Of a stretch of DNA of 64,000 nt, positions 32,301 to 43,076 are shown piece after piece. The position numbers and the translations under genes are program-made. The stretch spans positions 96,001-160,000 of the forward strand of contig CAXXJV010000001.1 of NCBI GenBank assembly GCA_963663475.2. Direction: 5' to 3'. This DNA is from Candidatus Cloacimonadales bacterium (GTDB taxonomy: Bacteria > Cloacimonadota > Cloacimonadia > Cloacimonadales > JAFGVF01). Below the pieces are notes generated by a model. That model ran no database searches. It saw nothing but the letters and a program-made list of their open reading frames with translations, and was not told where the DNA came from. Position 1 is the first letter of the stretch. Every line of letters starts with the position of its first letter.

Positions 32301-32756
32301 CTACTCATACTTCTCCAATCTTGCACTTATTTTCTTAACATGACCTATTTCTTGTAGTCTTAAATCTTCAAAGACCTTGAGAGCAAAATCATCCAAAGCA
32401 GTAAAAGTTTTAAACATTTCATAAGCTTTTGCAGTATTTTTTTCTCTATTTAAGGCAATATTTAGTACATCAACAGCTGAGAAAGATGATTTTATTTCAT
32501 CAGTATTTATCAACATATCTAGCAGTGCCTTTTCCATATTAATAGTTTTTTCAAGTTCTTCTTTACTAAGTACTCCCTCTTCCAGCAGACCTCTTAATCT
32601 ATTATAGTGTCCAGTCTCTTCTGTAGCTAATTGACTAAGAACATCTTTAACCTCTGGGTCATTTACTATTTCACTAGCTTTTTCATAGAAAGAAAAGCTC
32701 TCTAGTTCTATCTTTTCAGCATATTCAATAATTTCTTTTAAGTTTAATTCTCTCAT
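32301..32756 (-). CDS. Ferritin-like / rubrerythrin-family protein
   Basis: Two ExxH di-iron motifs (EETGH, QEIGH) with upstream helix Glu residues; RBS AGGAGG. Confidence 0.85.
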   Translation of the reverse strand: MRELNLKEIIEYAEKIELESFSFYEKASEIVNDPEVKDVLSQLATEETGHYNRLRGLLEEGVLSKEELEKTINMEKALLDMLINTDEIKSSFSAVDVLNIALNREKNTAKAYEMFKTFTALDDFALKVFEDLRLQEIGHVKKISARLEKYE

Positions 32757-32784
32757 GGTTCCTCCTGAAAGTTTTATTTATTCT

Positions 32785-32906
32785 TGCCACCCCTGTGTCC
32801 CCCACTTAAGAGGGGAATAAGAGGTTTCTATAACGACATGAGTGCCTTTGACAACTCATGCTTTTGCAGGACATTCTTCTTTGTGTAATTCGTGTAACTC
32901 GTGGAT
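32785..32906. repeat. REP-like mosaic downstream of the Mbx operon
   Basis: CCCC-ACTTAAGA-GGGG, ATGAGT...ACTCAT, and TAATTCGTGTAACTCGTGG (same motif family as 29283 and 59186). Confidence 0.5.
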
Positions 32907-32922
32907 AGATTCTTTCATACTC

Positions 32923-34728
32923 TTATTTCTTCTGTTCATTCAAGTATTTATCCATCGCTTTGGCAGCTACATGACCGTTAGCTACACCATTAATTACATC
33001 AGGTCCTTTAATGATATCTCCACCCACAAATAGCCAATCTAAAGATGATTGGAAGCCTTGATTTACCTCAATTCGTCCACGAGGTCCAAACTTTAATTTC
33101 TCTTTCATGTCATCAGAAATATAAGATAAATCCATACCTTGACCAATAGATTCTACTATCATATCAGCTTCAAGGAAGATCTTTTCATTAGCATCAAACT
33201 TAGGATTAAAAGCACCTGCTTTATCAAAGACTGAAAGACATTTAATAAGGTGTAAGCCTTTAATTTTACCATTTTCGATTTCAATTTCTTGTGGTCCCCA
33301 CCCAGGTTCAATAACAGCTTTTTCTTCTCTGGATTCAATGATTTCTTCTCTATCTGCAGGCATAATATCTTCAGTTTCAAGACTTGTAGTCGTGATATCA
33401 ACTTTGCCATATTTGAGGTTTTGAAGTCTAGCTAAAGTCCTTGTAATATCCATAGCCACATTACCACCTCCGATAACTACTATTTTTTTACCCACAGGAA
33501 TAGCTTCTCCTAGAGTAAATTTTCTTAATAAATCAGTAGCAAAATATACTTCCGAATTATCAGAACCTGGTATTCTGGTAGATCTACCTAAATGAAGACC
33601 AGTAGCTGCATAAACAGCAGAATATTCTTTATGTAAGTCTTCTAAAGGAATGTCTTGTCCGATTCTGCTATTAAATTGAATCTCAACTCCCAGTGATTTG
33701 ATATAATCGATATCTTTGTTTATTTGATCATAAGGAAGCCTATATTCAGGTATCCCATAGCGCATCATCCCACCAGAATCAGGTAAGGCTTCGAAAATTT
33801 TAACTTGATACCCTAAAATCGCCAAATAGTAGGCTGCAGAAAGTCCAGAAGGTCCTGCCCCGATTATGGCAATCTTATGACCGATTTTTGGATCAGCAAG
33901 ATGATTACTACCTAAGACTTCTTGATATTTATCAGCAGGAATCTGATCTGCTATATATCTCTTTAACCAACGAATAGCTATTGCCTCTCCCTTATTATGT
34001 AGTGCACAAGCAGTCTCGCACTTATGAGTACAAATACGACCACATATTTCAGGTAAAGGATTAGTTTCATAGAGAATTCTAAAAGCTTCTTCTATATTAT
34101 CTTCTCTGAGAGCTGCAATATAAGCAGGTATATCCATGTGAGCAGGACAAGTAGCTGTGCATAATCCACACTCTAAACATCTGTCTGCTTCCAGCATTGC
34201 TTGCTCTTTATTATAACCTTTTACTATTTCAATAAATGATTTATCTCTATCTTCTGGAGCTAACTCTTCCATTTCTATTCTATCAAAATTGATTAAAGCT
34301 ATATCTTCTGAGCGAGAATAACCCTTCTCATCATCCTGCCATTTAGTCTTATCTGCACCAGGAGTGAATCTAAATACTTCAGGATCATCGTCAATCCAGA
34401 TATACTCATTGGACATGGTTAGGGCTCCAGTTGGGCAAACATCTACGCACAAAGCACACCAACAACATCTACCATAGTCTATCCGAGGCCTCAAACCACT
34501 GTTACCATCGGTAACCTCTTGCCCTTCTACATGCACTAAATCAATAGCTGCATTTTGACAAATCTCTTCACAAGATCCGCAACCAATACACTTTGAGAAA
34601 TCATTCTGGTGAAATCCCCTGTAGTTATCTGCTCCTGGTCTATCTTTTATAGGATCTTTAACCGTCCATGTTTCTTCAGCTATGCGTTTCCATATTGTTA
34701 ATGGTTGAATTATATCTTTTAATTTCAT
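32923..34728 (-). CDS. MbxN/NuoI 2x[4Fe-4S] domain fused to a GltD/NfnB-like FAD/NAD(P)H oxidoreductase
   Basis: CIGCGSCEEIC and CCWCALCVDVCP, then EADRCLEC...CPAH, CGRIC...CE..C, GAGPSG, GGGNVAMD, GGD. Confidence 0.9.
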   Translation of the reverse strand: MKLKDIIQPLTIWKRIAEETWTVKDPIKDRPGADNYRGFHQNDFSKCIGCGSCEEICQNAAIDLVHVEGQEVTDGNSGLRPRIDYGRCCWCALCVDVCPTGALTMSNEYIWIDDDPEVFRFTPGADKTKWQDDEKGYSRSEDIALINFDRIEMEELAPEDRDKSFIEIVKGYNKEQAMLEADRCLECGLCTATCPAHMDIPAYIAALREDNIEEAFRILYETNPLPEICGRICTHKCETACALHNKGEAIAIRWLKRYIADQIPADKYQEVLGSNHLADPKIGHKIAIIGAGPSGLSAAYYLAILGYQVKIFEALPDSGGMMRYGIPEYRLPYDQINKDIDYIKSLGVEIQFNSRIGQDIPLEDLHKEYSAVYAATGLHLGRSTRIPGSDNSEVYFATDLLRKFTLGEAIPVGKKIVVIGGGNVAMDITRTLARLQNLKYGKVDITTTSLETEDIMPADREEIIESREEKAVIEPGWGPQEIEIENGKIKGLHLIKCLSVFDKAGAFNPKFDANEKIFLEADMIVESIGQGMDLSYISDDMKEKLKFGPRGRIEVNQGFQSSLDWLFVGGDIIKGPDVINGVANGHVAAKAMDKYLNEQKK

Positions 34729-34730
34729 TA

Positions 34731-35933
34731 TTACCTCTCAATTTCTGGTGGACATGTATGAAGTGAAACCATCAAAGCTGCTAAATCAGATATTGTGATA
34801 TTTACAGCCAACTTCTCTAAGACTGATATAGCATGGGTATAACTAGCTCCTCTAGCAAAGACTCTGCGAGGATATTTACTACCATCGGAAACCATGTAAA
34901 ATCCGTGTTCACCACGAGTTGATTCAGCCTTAACATAGGTCTGACCTGCAGGTATTTTCCAATGAAGAACATTGGGTAGTTTTGTCTGAATCTCCCCCTT
35001 CTGAGGAATTTTATCTATAATCTGCTTTACTAATTTAAGACTTTGTAATAGTTCTTGCAAACGAAGTTCTGCCCTATCATAAGCATCGCCAATATCAGAT
35101 GTTAACATCTGGATATCTAATTCTGAATATTTAAGATAAGGTTGATTGATTCTAATATCATCAGCAATTCCAGAAGCTCTAGCACTAGGTCCGACTATGC
35201 CATATTGGCTTACCATCTCCTTAGTGATAATCCCTAGGCCTTTCAATCTAGCCTTTGCGATAGCATTATTGAAAAATACTCTTTCAATATCATCTAATAA
35301 TTGGTAAGTTCTATCAACAGTTTTTAGCAATCTTTCTCTAAAACCTAGAGGCAAATCTTTACGAACACCACCAGGTATCATATACATATGATAAATCCTT
35401 CCCCCTGTCATCTCTTCAAAAAGATCCAACCAGTAATCTCTCATAGCAACTGTCCACTGACCTATTGCTCCCATTCCCAGAGAACCAGCTTGTCCTCCTA
35501 ACCACATTAAGAATCCAGCAACCCGAGACATTTCTAGATTTAATGTTCTTAGCCAAGCAGCTTTTTCTGGTATTTTTATTCCAGCTAGTTCTTCCATAGC
35601 TGCAGAGACACAATATTCATTAGTATCAGGTTCAGGGACACATATCCGACAGACAATAGGAAAACATTGAATATATCTTCTGCGTTCCATTAATTTCTCA
35701 AAACCTCTATGGAGATAGCCTACATGGGTCTTAGCATCTACGATTTCATCGCCATTTACAAGAATCTCAACTGACATATTACCTGTTACACCAGGATGTT
35801 GAGGACCTTGCCATATCCTAGTAAACTTATGAGAATCTATATCAATCACTGGCTTCCCATCCTGCATCTCAGGGTACTTAGATCTATCTGCTATAAAATC
35901 TTTATATTTGCTTTCAGATAATTTACTCATCAT
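34731..35933 (-). CDS. MbxL/MbsL (NuoD-like) catalytic subunit without the full NiFe ligand set
   Basis: GPQHPG, GYLHRGFEK, RICVPE and C-terminal CPPEIER in place of the two CxxC motifs. Confidence 0.9.
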   Translation of the reverse strand: MMSKLSESKYKDFIADRSKYPEMQDGKPVIDIDSHKFTRIWQGPQHPGVTGNMSVEILVNGDEIVDAKTHVGYLHRGFEKLMERRRYIQCFPIVCRICVPEPDTNEYCVSAAMEELAGIKIPEKAAWLRTLNLEMSRVAGFLMWLGGQAGSLGMGAIGQWTVAMRDYWLDLFEEMTGGRIYHMYMIPGGVRKDLPLGFRERLLKTVDRTYQLLDDIERVFFNNAIAKARLKGLGIITKEMVSQYGIVGPSARASGIADDIRINQPYLKYSELDIQMLTSDIGDAYDRAELRLQELLQSLKLVKQIIDKIPQKGEIQTKLPNVLHWKIPAGQTYVKAESTRGEHGFYMVSDGSKYPRRVFARGASYTHAISVLEKLAVNITISDLAALMVSLHTCPPEIER

Positions 35934-36483
35934 CCCTCCTAATTTTTGGGGACTGTGGATAGTCTGGATATTTTTCTTTTTTCATTACTTCTTTAGGGTC
36001 AAAAGTTTGTCTTCCTGGTCTTTGATAGTAAGTTTTTTCTGAATAGGCTAAGGTATCAAAATCTCGTCTCATTGGAGGCATCTCTTCCCAACTCTCCATA
36101 ATGAATGCTTCATGCACTCGTGGGGAATTAGGAAAATCTATACCAAACATCTCATATAATTCTCTTTGATATTGCCAAGCATGATCCCATATTTGATGAA
36201 TAGAGTACATTGAAGCTTGATCCCTATCGATATAAACATTAAGAGCTAAATTGCCTTTAAGTTCATAGTTATAAAGCATATATGTTAGCATAAACTTATT
36301 CTCTTCTAAATAATCAACAGCTTGTAGGAAGGCTAAGTGTTTGAAAGCTAATTGATTCTTAAGGTAATTCAAGGCCATAACTAAGTGTTCTTTATCTATG
36401 GTAATAAAAGCAAGATCTGATCTTTTTTCATCCACCTCTATGATATCTACCATTTTACCTAATCTATTTATAATATCTTTCAT
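35923..36483 (-). CDS. MbxK (NuoC-like) subunit
   Basis: QRELYEMFGIDF and PPMRRDF motifs. Confidence 0.9.
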   Translation of the reverse strand: MKDIINRLGKMVDIIEVDEKRSDLAFITIDKEHLVMALNYLKNQLAFKHLAFLQAVDYLEENKFMLTYMLYNYELKGNLALNVYIDRDQASMYSIHQIWDHAWQYQRELYEMFGIDFPNSPRVHEAFIMESWEEMPPMRRDFDTLAYSEKTYYQRPGRQTFDPKEVMKKEKYPDYPQSPKIRRDDE

Positions 36484-36491
36484 TTTATCTC

Positions 36492-37133
36492 CTACCAGTT
36501 ATAGTCTGGCATATTCCAGTCTTTGATTATTTTCTTTTGATTAGCCTTATACCAATCAAAATTATCAGCATACTTATTCATTCCATCACATTGACCAGCC
36601 TGTATCTTCTTCTTAAGTCCATTAAAACCCGCGATTAAGGCTTCTGGTCTTGGCATACAACCAGTAACATAAATATCAACAGGGATATAGTAATCTATTC
36701 TATTTATAGTGTTGTAAGAATCATAATACATACCACCATTGATAGTACAAGAACCTAGAGCAATGACATATTTTGGACCCTGCATTTGCTCATAAGATCT
36801 TACTATTCTCTTAATAGTTTTTAAAGAAGCATAACCTCCAATTATGAAAACATTTGCTTGTCTAGGACTAGGTCTGCCAGCTATTCCATATCTAAAAGCA
36901 TCAAATCTTGCTGTCATCAAAGGACGTAATTCAATAGCTCCACAACCAGTTCCATAAGCTAAAATCCATAGAGACCTAGCCCTTGCCCAATTAAGGAATT
37001 GTTCTAAATACTTGTTCAAAGGTTCTATTCTCGAAGGTCTGTCATCAGCAAACAGGTCTCTCTCATGTTCAGGAAGGCCTGCATTTGCTAATTTCATTTC
37101 TCTTTCAATGTCTTTAATATCTTTATCTTTCAT
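36492..37133 (-). CDS. MbxJ (NuoB-like) Fe-S subunit
   Basis: GTGCGAIE (CG instead of the CC of complex I), GSCTINGG, GCMPRPEA. Confidence 0.92.
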   Translation of the reverse strand: MKDKDIKDIEREMKLANAGLPEHERDLFADDRPSRIEPLNKYLEQFLNWARARSLWILAYGTGCGAIELRPLMTARFDAFRYGIAGRPSPRQANVFIIGGYASLKTIKRIVRSYEQMQGPKYVIALGSCTINGGMYYDSYNTINRIDYYIPVDIYVTGCMPRPEALIAGFNGLKKKIQAGQCDGMNKYADNFDWYKANQKKIIKDWNMPDYNW

Positions 37134-37142
37134 CTTAACTCC

Positions 37143-38054
37143 TTAAAAGTAAGCAATGATTATAACTGAAAGAATACCAATTAATGTAGGTACTCGTAAA
37201 AAGAATCTGAATGCTTGTTCTGGTCTAAATCTAGGGAAAGCAGCTCCGACAAAGACAGAGAACATGTAGATACAGAAGGTTTTTATCATCATAATAAACA
37301 AGTTACTTGCTCCACCAAAGAAGAGATTCATAAAAAGAACTAGTTTGGCTGAAGCAAAGAGAGCTCTATTAGTCTGTAATGTTCCCAAAAAGCTTCCATT
37401 CATTTCAATTGGAGGGCCAATAGGTATCTCTTGGGGGGCTAATACTAGAGAGAAAGGAGCATGCATATTCATCCCTAAAAGTGATATCATTGCTGCTATT
37501 ACTGCTAAAGGATTAGTAAAAAGGGTCCAGTTCAATATACCCCCTTGCTGAGCTGCCACAATACTAGTAATATTTAAGGTCTGATATTGAATAGCAATTG
37601 AGATAACTGCTAAAGAAAATGGCAACTCAAAAGTCGACATCTGAGATAATCCCCGAGCTATTCCTAAAGGTGAATACGGGTGACCTCCTTCTCCAGCACC
37701 TAAAGCCATTCCTAACTGACCAAAGAATATAAAATACATAACTAGTAAAAGATCACCTGCCATAGAGTAATTACTAAAAACAACTGATTCATATATTACA
37801 GGTATAAAAAGGAATGTTCCCATACCACCTGCAAGTCTAAAGACTGGTCCTAAAAAGAACATATATCCATGTGATGTAGCAACTTTTCTACCATGAGTTT
37901 GAATTATATCTAAAATAGGTTGCCAGACTGGTGCCCCATGTCTTCTGTGGACACGAGCATAAATCTTTCTGACTGTTCCTACCAAAAATAAACCATATAT
38001 TGTTGCAACTAATATTGAAATTACAGCATAAAGCATTTTAATTAATATTTCCAT
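37143..38054 (-). CDS. MbxM (NuoH-like) membrane anchor
   Basis: RKIYARVHRRHGAPVWQPILD, PF...EI..GP..E, PRFRPEQ. Confidence 0.88.
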   Translation of the reverse strand: MEILIKMLYAVISILVATIYGLFLVGTVRKIYARVHRRHGAPVWQPILDIIQTHGRKVATSHGYMFFLGPVFRLAGGMGTFLFIPVIYESVVFSNYSMAGDLLLVMYFIFFGQLGMALGAGEGGHPYSPLGIARGLSQMSTFELPFSLAVISIAIQYQTLNITSIVAAQQGGILNWTLFTNPLAVIAAMISLLGMNMHAPFSLVLAPQEIPIGPPIEMNGSFLGTLQTNRALFASAKLVLFMNLFFGGASNLFIMMIKTFCIYMFSVFVGAAFPRFRPEQAFRFFLRVPTLIGILSVIIIAYF

Positions 38055-38057
38055 AAT

Positions 38058-41000
38058 TTAAACTCCTAAGAAAAATACTATTATAAAGAAAAGTATAATA
38101 TGTAACAAGTAGCTTTGCCCATTACCTGAATAGATTCTTCGGCTTACATCAGCTAGGGTATGTGACCACTCAGCACAAGCTTGCCAGAAATCTGAAATTC
38201 TTGGTTTTCCCCAAGCTCCTAAAGCCTTCCTATAATGAGCAAACATATTATGAGCTACATGGGTAGTTTGAGGCTTGTCGGGCCTTTCAGCAGCATAAAC
38301 AATGTTAAATTGCTTGACTTTTGTTATCTTACCAATAAAGAGTATTAAGAAGAAGAGAGGAACTATAAAGACACCCATTGTTACCAACATGATTAAATTA
38401 CCATTCCAGTGTCCATATGAACTATAAACATTATATCCATCTACAATAATATTTGAGTTAAAATACTTTCCAGCCATAGCACTTAAAGGTCTTATAAGTA
38501 AATTAGGGAAAGTAGATAGCAACATTATTGCACCTATGTAAATATACTGGGGAAGTATAAACCAGATTGGGGCTTCTTTTACATTCTTATGCTCATGTTT
38601 AGCCTGTCCAAGGAATACACTATGAATCAACCTATATAAGTATAAGAAAGAAACAGCTGAAGCAAAGAATAAAACTCCTGCCTGTAAATACCAACCTCTT
38701 TCTATAAAAGAAGAATACATCAACCATTTCGAACCAAAACCAGATAATGGCGGAACTCCTGAAACAGCTATGATTGATATCAAGACACTTATAAAGGATA
38801 GTGGCATTTTCTTGATCAATCCCCCCATTTCATACATGTTACGTGTATGGGTTCTATAATAAATACCTGCAATTGCAATAAAAAGAGCAGACTTAAACAT
38901 CATATGATTAAGAGAGAGATAGAAGGCTGATACCCAGCCTAAATGACTTAGCATAGAAGCAGCAGCAATTATATAACCAACCTGACTCATGCTCGAATAA
39001 GCTAACAGGCGTTTCATGTCTTCTTGGAAAGCAGCTAAAAAAGCACCAACTAAGGCAGTGAAAACTCCAATCCAACCTATCCAATAATAAATATCTACCT
39101 GTGGACTATAAGCTACCGCAGAAATAGCTACTAAAAGAAATCCCCAGATACCTGCCTTTAACAAAATAGCAGAGATGAAGGAAGACACATCAGCTTCTGC
39201 TTCTGCATGAGCTTCTGGCAACCAGACATGTACTCCTAAAACTCCAGATTTTATCATAAAACCAACTGATAACAAGATAATTGAGACAAGGGGTAATTCT
39301 ATATAACTTAAAGACGTTATTAAAGGAATACCAGCAAGTATATTTGGAGCAAAAGCGAAACCAGATATCATAAGATAAGCTCCTGCCATTGAGAAAATCA
39401 TATACATTAAGGAAGCCTTAGCTGCACTTTTACCCCTCAAGATTAAGAGGAAGGATGAGATAGTCATTAACTCCCAGGAAAAGAAAAACTCTAGATAATT
39501 TGCAGCAATGAGTAGATTACCAAAAGACATAATCATCATTAGTAACAAACCATAAAAGCCAATAGAGAGGCCTTTTCTATTCAAGGTGCTTATAATATTA
39601 ATAGCTGAACCAACTATAAAGATAACCCCAAACAAGATTTGTATTGGATTGGAAAAATCAAAGTTGCTATATAAGTAATATGTATAAGCAACTAGTCCAG
39701 CTAATGTTAAAAAGCCCTTAACTTTGCTAGGTAAGAAATCAAGTAACAAGATAGCTAAAAGACCCATTATTGGAAGAAACATATTTACTTTTCCAGGGAA
39801 ATGGCTTGTTAAAAAACTTAAACCACTTGCTATAATTAGTAATACTAAACCATATAAAATGACTATCTGATTTCTGGTAAAGAATCTTCCATAAGCTATT
39901 TTTTCCTCTGTATCACTTTTAGCTACACCTATGAACCATCTGAAAAGATATACTATTTCTAAAAGAGAACCTAAAAGAATCATAATCATTAGTCCATAAG
40001 TCTCTTGACTTACTAAAGCTCTTATAAATGCCCATTTTGCCCAAAAACCAGCAAAAGGTGGCAAGCCTGCTAAAGCAAAAATTAATAAACCAAAAATAAG
40101 GAGTAAAGATTTATGATTCCTTAAACAAGCCCAGTCTTGCATTTTACTCTTATTTACGATTCCACTTAACCAGAAAAGACCAGCCTTAGCCAGTAAATGA
40201 TTTAAGAAGAATCCTCCAACAATTAACAAGCGAAGATTATTATCTAAGCCCTGACTAAAGATTATACTCCCCAAGAGTAGTCCTATCTGACCAATAGAAG
40301 AATATCCCAAAAGTCTCTGGCTATTTTCTTGCTTCAAAGCCATAAGATTGGAAGCTAAGAATGTTAACACAGCTATTATCCCAAAAATCTCTAAAAGATT
40401 AGCAGGAATTAATGGCATTATTTTATAAAACATAAAAACTATTGCTGTTGAATTTACAACTGATATTAAACTAGCAATACCTGGATTAGTAGCTTCATAT
40501 ACATCTAAAGCCCAACCATTAATAGGGAAAGACTTTAATTCAACTATCAGGCCAAAAGCTAACATATAAACAGCTATTATCCTGTAATCAGTAAAACTAA
40601 TGGAAATAAATTCAAGATTTAATGACCCGGTAAAGAAATAGATTAATACTATTCCTAACAAATAAAACAATGATGCTATACCGGTAGCTATCATATACTT
40701 AAACCCTGAACTTATGGAATTTCTCTCCCTACCCAATGTCACTAATACAAGAGTGGAAATCGATATAATTTCTAAGAAAACAAAGGAATTAAATAAATCC
40801 TGAGTTAAGACAATTCCATTTATTCCCAACATCATCAGTAGATATAATATCATAGCCGATACAGATTGTTTTTCAAATGCCTTACCAAGATATATTGCAG
40901 TCAAAAAAGCAATTAAATTAACAGCTAGTAAAATTACAACCTCTAATAATCCTAAGCTAAAATTTATCGATAAAGGAGCAATAAACCCTGCCGTATCAAA

Positions 41001-41180
41001 AGTTGACTGCCCTAAACCTTCATAGAAAATATTATATGTCCAACTTACTGAAATCAAGAGATTTGTTGCCACTATACCTAGAAAGATAGGATAAGAAACT
41101 TTCCGACTAAGTTTATCAAATAATGGTAAAGTAAAGGCTGCTATCAAGGATATTATTACGATATAGAGTGGATTTACCAT
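38058..41180 (-). CDS. Fused double antiporter-like subunit (MbxH plus MbxH'; MrpD/NuoL-M-N family)
   Basis: 1040 aa holding two copies of the antiporter motifs: FVFLEI / FFSWELM, RLLGYSS / RLLAYSS, GLPPFAGFWAKW / GVPPLSGFGSKW. Confidence 0.9.
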   Translation of the reverse strand: MVNPLYIVIISLIAAFTLPLFDKLSRKVSYPIFLGIVATNLLISVSWTYNIFYEGLGQSTFDTAGFIAPLSINFSLGLLEVVILLAVNLIAFLTAIYLGKAFEKQSVSAMILYLLMMLGINGIVLTQDLFNSFVFLEIISISTLVLVTLGRERNSISSGFKYMIATGIASLFYLLGIVLIYFFTGSLNLEFISISFTDYRIIAVYMLAFGLIVELKSFPINGWALDVYEATNPGIASLISVVNSTAIVFMFYKIMPLIPANLLEIFGIIAVLTFLASNLMALKQENSQRLLGYSSIGQIGLLLGSIIFSQGLDNNLRLLIVGGFFLNHLLAKAGLFWLSGIVNKSKMQDWACLRNHKSLLLIFGLLIFALAGLPPFAGFWAKWAFIRALVSQETYGLMIMILLGSLLEIVYLFRWFIGVAKSDTEEKIAYGRFFTRNQIVILYGLVLLIIASGLSFLTSHFPGKVNMFLPIMGLLAILLLDFLPSKVKGFLTLAGLVAYTYYLYSNFDFSNPIQILFGVIFIVGSAINIISTLNRKGLSIGFYGLLLMMIMSFGNLLIAANYLEFFFSWELMTISSFLLILRGKSAAKASLMYMIFSMAGAYLMISGFAFAPNILAGIPLITSLSYIELPLVSIILLSVGFMIKSGVLGVHVWLPEAHAEAEADVSSFISAILLKAGIWGFLLVAISAVAYSPQVDIYYWIGWIGVFTALVGAFLAAFQEDMKRLLAYSSMSQVGYIIAAASMLSHLGWVSAFYLSLNHMMFKSALFIAIAGIYYRTHTRNMYEMGGLIKKMPLSFISVLISIIAVSGVPPLSGFGSKWLMYSSFIERGWYLQAGVLFFASAVSFLYLYRLIHSVFLGQAKHEHKNVKEAPIWFILPQYIYIGAIMLLSTFPNLLIRPLSAMAGKYFNSNIIVDGYNVYSSYGHWNGNLIMLVTMGVFIVPLFFLILFIGKITKVKQFNIVYAAERPDKPQTTHVAHNMFAHYRKALGAWGKPRISDFWQACAEWSHTLADVSRRIYSGNGQSYLLHIILFFIIVFFLGV

Positions 41181-41527
41181 TTTAACTCCTTATAATCATC
41201 TATGGAAAATGACCCCTTCTTCTTATGCATTTCAACTGCAAAAGCCAACATTAAAGCAGTAGTTGCCAATCCTATGACAATTGCTGTTAACACTAAAGCT
41301 GAAGGTATTGGATCTATTACCTCATTGATAGAATTACGTAAATTTACAGCTTTATCCAAAATAGGAGCAGTCCTCCCCTGTAAATAACCCAAAGAAACTA
41401 TTATAATATGTAAACCTGTATCTGCTATGGAAAATCCTAAGATGATTTTTATCAGATTCTTCTGTGAAAGCATAGCATAAATTCCTAATATAACTAATAT
41501 GAATCCCAAAATTAAAGTTTCTATCAT
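41174..41527 (-). CDS. MrpC/MbxG subunit
   Basis: NLIKIILG and DPIPSALVLTAIVIG. Confidence 0.92.
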   Translation of the reverse strand: MIETLILGFILVILGIYAMLSQKNLIKIILGFSIADTGLHIIIVSLGYLQGRTAPILDKAVNLRNSINEVIDPIPSALVLTAIVIGLATTALMLAFAVEMHKKKGSFSIDDYKELKW

Positions 41528-42234
41528 CTTTCCCCCTTCACTGAACTTTCAGAGGATGTATGACTCCCCATCGTGTTAATAATATTTGTTAACTCAGAAC
41601 CAACCTTAAGACCTATCAAAGAATATATCACAGGAATAGCTCCAGCAGAAATTAAGCGTCCATAATCTCCCAAAGGTAAAATGCTTGGATTAAGAAAACC
41701 AATTGTCAATACTAAACCTACAAGCCCCAGCACTACATATATAAGCCCTGAAATCGACTCCACTAAAGTCAGTAATAGATGGCTAATCTTAAAACTTAAG
41801 TCTGATAAAATTAACAGAAGAAAACCAGAGGCAATTACGACTCCTCCTTGAAATCCTCCCCCAGGAGATAAATGCCCATGGGAAAAAATATAAACACCTA
41901 AGAGAATAATTAAAGCAACAAGAAAAGATGAGGTTGTTTTTAAGTTCTCTGAAACTTCCCTTTCTTCCAACTTTCTCTTTTTATTTTGTAGCAAAAAACC
42001 TACACCTAATGTTGCTAAGAATAAAACAGTAACCTCTCCAAGAGTATCAAGACCTCGGTAAGTTACCACAATAGATGTCACAACATTTGGCGAAGCTAAT
42101 TCAGCAAGAGAACCAGTTATATAAGACTTTGCCAATGGATTCAGTTCTTCCTGTCCTTGAAAATTACTAATCAATGGAAAAAATATAAGAATCAAGCCTA
42201 TGATTCCCATAATTGCTAATATTTTATTTATCAT
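41524..42234 (-). CDS. MrpB-type subunit (MbxE/F)
   Basis: NVVTSIVVTYRGLDTLGE and HGHLSPGGGFQGG. Confidence 0.92.
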   Translation of the reverse strand: MINKILAIMGIIGLILIFFPLISNFQGQEELNPLAKSYITGSLAELASPNVVTSIVVTYRGLDTLGEVTVLFLATLGVGFLLQNKKRKLEEREVSENLKTTSSFLVALIILLGVYIFSHGHLSPGGGFQGGVVIASGFLLLILSDLSFKISHLLLTLVESISGLIYVVLGLVGLVLTIGFLNPSILPLGDYGRLISAGAIPVIYSLIGLKVGSELTNIINTMGSHTSSESSVKGER

Positions 42235-42475
42235 CTTTTTCCCCCTTCCGCATCCTGTTCAAGGCATATAGAAATACTACTGTTGTTAAAGCTGAGCCAA
42301 TAGAAGCCTCTGTCATAGCAACATCTGGAGATCCTAAAAGGAGATATATTACACTAGCTAGCAAACTTATAACTCCTGCAGAAATAATTGCTGAGAATAA
42401 ATTCTTTTGAAAAATAGTGAATATTGCAGCAAATATCATGATAAGACCTAAGCCAATAATTATAAAATTCGTCAT
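42224..42475 (-). CDS. MbxD (MrpA C-terminal / DUF4040-like) subunit
   Basis: PDVAMTEASIG motif; three predicted TM helices. Confidence 0.88.
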   Translation of the reverse strand: MTNFIIIGLGLIMIFAAIFTIFQKNLFSAIISAGVISLLASVIYLLLGSPDVAMTEASIGSALTTVVFLYALNRMRKGEKDDK

Positions 42476-42816
42476 TGACCACCTCCCTCTGCTTCTCTCT
42501 CATCTCTTCTTAACTCATCCTTCAAAGATAACTTGGCTAATTTAATTCCATAAAAATGACTTGCCCTAGCTATAACATTAGATGAAACAGGATTCGTGGC
42601 AATCACAAATAAAATAATAATTGCTATCTTTCCACACCAAGCTGAACCAAAATTAGCTAAGCCAATTCCAATTGAAAAAAGTATTGTTCCTAAGGTAGTT
42701 GCTTTAGTACCAGCCTGCATCCTATTATAGACATCAGGCATTCTCAATATTCCCAAAGCTCCTAAGAAAAGAAAAATTGAGCCACATAAACTTATAATAG
42801 CAAATAACATTTCCAT
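42472..42816 (-). CDS. MrpG/MbxC subunit
   Basis: GILRMPDVYNRMQAGTKATTLG. Confidence 0.92.
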   Translation of the reverse strand: MEMLFAIISLCGSIFLFLGALGILRMPDVYNRMQAGTKATTLGTILFSIGIGLANFGSAWCGKIAIIILFVIATNPVSSNVIARASHFYGIKLAKLSLKDELRRDEREAEGGGQ

Positions 42817-43076
42817 TATAACCCCCTCTCTAAATATCGAGCCAAGGCTATAACACCTATGAAACTTACTAGGCCATAAACAATAGCAACATCTAAATAG
42901 ATTATTCGTTGAGCAAAATGGGATATCAGTACTATTAAAGATATTGAAACTACAGTCATTGCATCTAAAGCAACAATCCTATCTGCCAAACTTGGGCCTT
43001 TGACTAATCTTATCAATATAATAAACAAACTTAAGATAATCAATCCAGCAGAAATTTGATAAATAATATTAACCAA
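42816..43076 (-). CDS. MrpF/MbxB subunit
   Basis: RLVKGPSLADRIVALD, YLDVA. Confidence 0.92.
   Translation of the reverse strand: MVNIIYQISAGLIILSLFIILIRLVKGPSLADRIVALDAMTVVSISLIVLISHFAQRIIYLDVAIVYGLVSFIGVIALARYLERGL

Noticed and set aside
34731-35933. Group 4 NiFe hydrogenase large subunit
   Set aside because: The second Cys of both CxxC motifs is replaced (RICVPE, CPPE) and no maturation genes are present.
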